Shown piece after piece: positions 40,196 to 41,008 of a DNA stretch of 41,008 nucleotides. This DNA is from Tolypothrix carrinoi HA7290-LM1 (GTDB taxonomy: Bacteria; Cyanobacteriota; Cyanobacteriia; Cyanobacteriales; Nostocaceae). Location: contig JAHHIK010000074.1 in the NCBI GenBank assembly GCA_019358935.1, positions 1-41,008 on the forward strand, given 5' to 3'. The position numbers and the translations under genes were made by a program. The stretch's first letter is position 1. Each line of letters starts with the position of its first letter. The notes beneath the pieces were generated by a model. That model had not been told where the DNA came from. It saw nothing but the letters and a program-made list of their open reading frames with translations, and searched no databases.

Positions 40196-40623
40196 TTCGA
40201 TAAATTAGGCATTTCATAACTTCAAAAAGCCACCTATAATCATACCGTTTCTGCAAATGTTCGCACGAAATCATCCCTCCTTGCCTCCCAATGCATCCGG
40301 GGGTATAGGATATGAAAAGTCGCACAGATACAGAATTGGTTAATGGTGGTTTTTTTATCTTAACAAGTTGAAAAAAGACTTAACAAAACTTTTCTCGGAA
40401 AAAATCTTTACAAAAATTATATTTTTATTAATTATTTTAACGTCCAAACAGATATATTTCTCTCTTTAGGGAGATGCTATCACCTATTTAATTTACGAAT
40501 TTTAACTAACAGAATTATATATAAATCATAGTGTAAATATTATAAATATCTTAGTAAAATGTGTGCTAGAACACTAAAAGAAAAAGAGATTCAAAACCCA
40601 AAATAAATTAAGGGATTAAAGGT

Positions 40624-40890
40624 ATGAAGCCGCAGGAAGAATACATTGCTCATTATAATTCCGAACCAGGGCAAGCATCGTCAATCCAAGATATTAACAA
40701 ATCTCAATTTAATAATCTCAGCGAAATTAATAGCTTAGATAAAGTTAGAGATATTCTTTTTGGTAATCAGATGCGGGAAGTTGAAAGAAAATTTGCCCGC
40801 TTAGAAGAACGTCTGATTAAAGAGTGTACTAACTTACGAGATGAAAATAGAAAACGTTTAGACTCCTTAGAAAGCTATTTTAAAACGTAA
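40624..40890 (+). pseudogene. Coiled-coil hypothetical protein truncated by IS66 insertion
   Basis: SLDKVRDILFG + coiled coil; the TAA stop is supplied by the IS end GTAAGG. Confidence 0.7.
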
Positions 40891-41008
40891 GGATTCAGGT
40901 CAGGGGTATTGACAAGTGTGACATCTCAGGCGGAATATCACAATTATGGAAAAAGACCTGCCTGTGAAACTAGACCGTGAAACGCTTCTCCAGTTGGCTC
41001 CGGAAGAA
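40887..41008 (+). mobile_element. IS66-family element, left end with transposase N-terminus (40946..>41008)
   Basis: GTAA-starting terminus GTAAGGATTCAG, internal TTGACA, and ORF MEKDLPVKLDRETLLQLAPEE running off the window. Confidence 0.7.

Overview
This 41-kb window is chromosomal DNA from a heterocystous (Nostocales-type) cyanobacterium, judged by abundant HIP1 GCGATCGC octamers and STRR-type tandem repeats. Both ends are insertion sequences that interrupt host genes: an IS5-family right end on the left and an IS66-family left end on the right. Most genes are housekeeping: pyrE, a tRNA(CAT), queC, a chromosomal ParM/ParR-like pair, a phosphohexomutase, rdgB, glnB, thiD, an RNase D-like gene, a cation:acetate symporter, lysC, a group-3 sigma factor, chlD, an RNase III paralog, and an NrtABD-like ABC transporter. 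The most interesting signals are non-coding. (1) A ~300-nt highly structured leader with an ungapped 64-bp, G-U-rich stem lies upstream of a NYN/OST-HTH RNase gene, which is followed by an atypical RNase III. (2) A four-helix-bundle (IVP/Avd-like) gene is enclosed by inverted 9-mer tandem repeats. (3) The same repeat-hairpin element is inserted in frame in both lysC and chlD. (4) Two c-di-AMP (ydaO-type) riboswitches both carry STRR expansions. (5) Several 24-47 nt mobile-like repeats occur, some inserted in frame in genes. All calls come from reading the sequence; no database searches were run.
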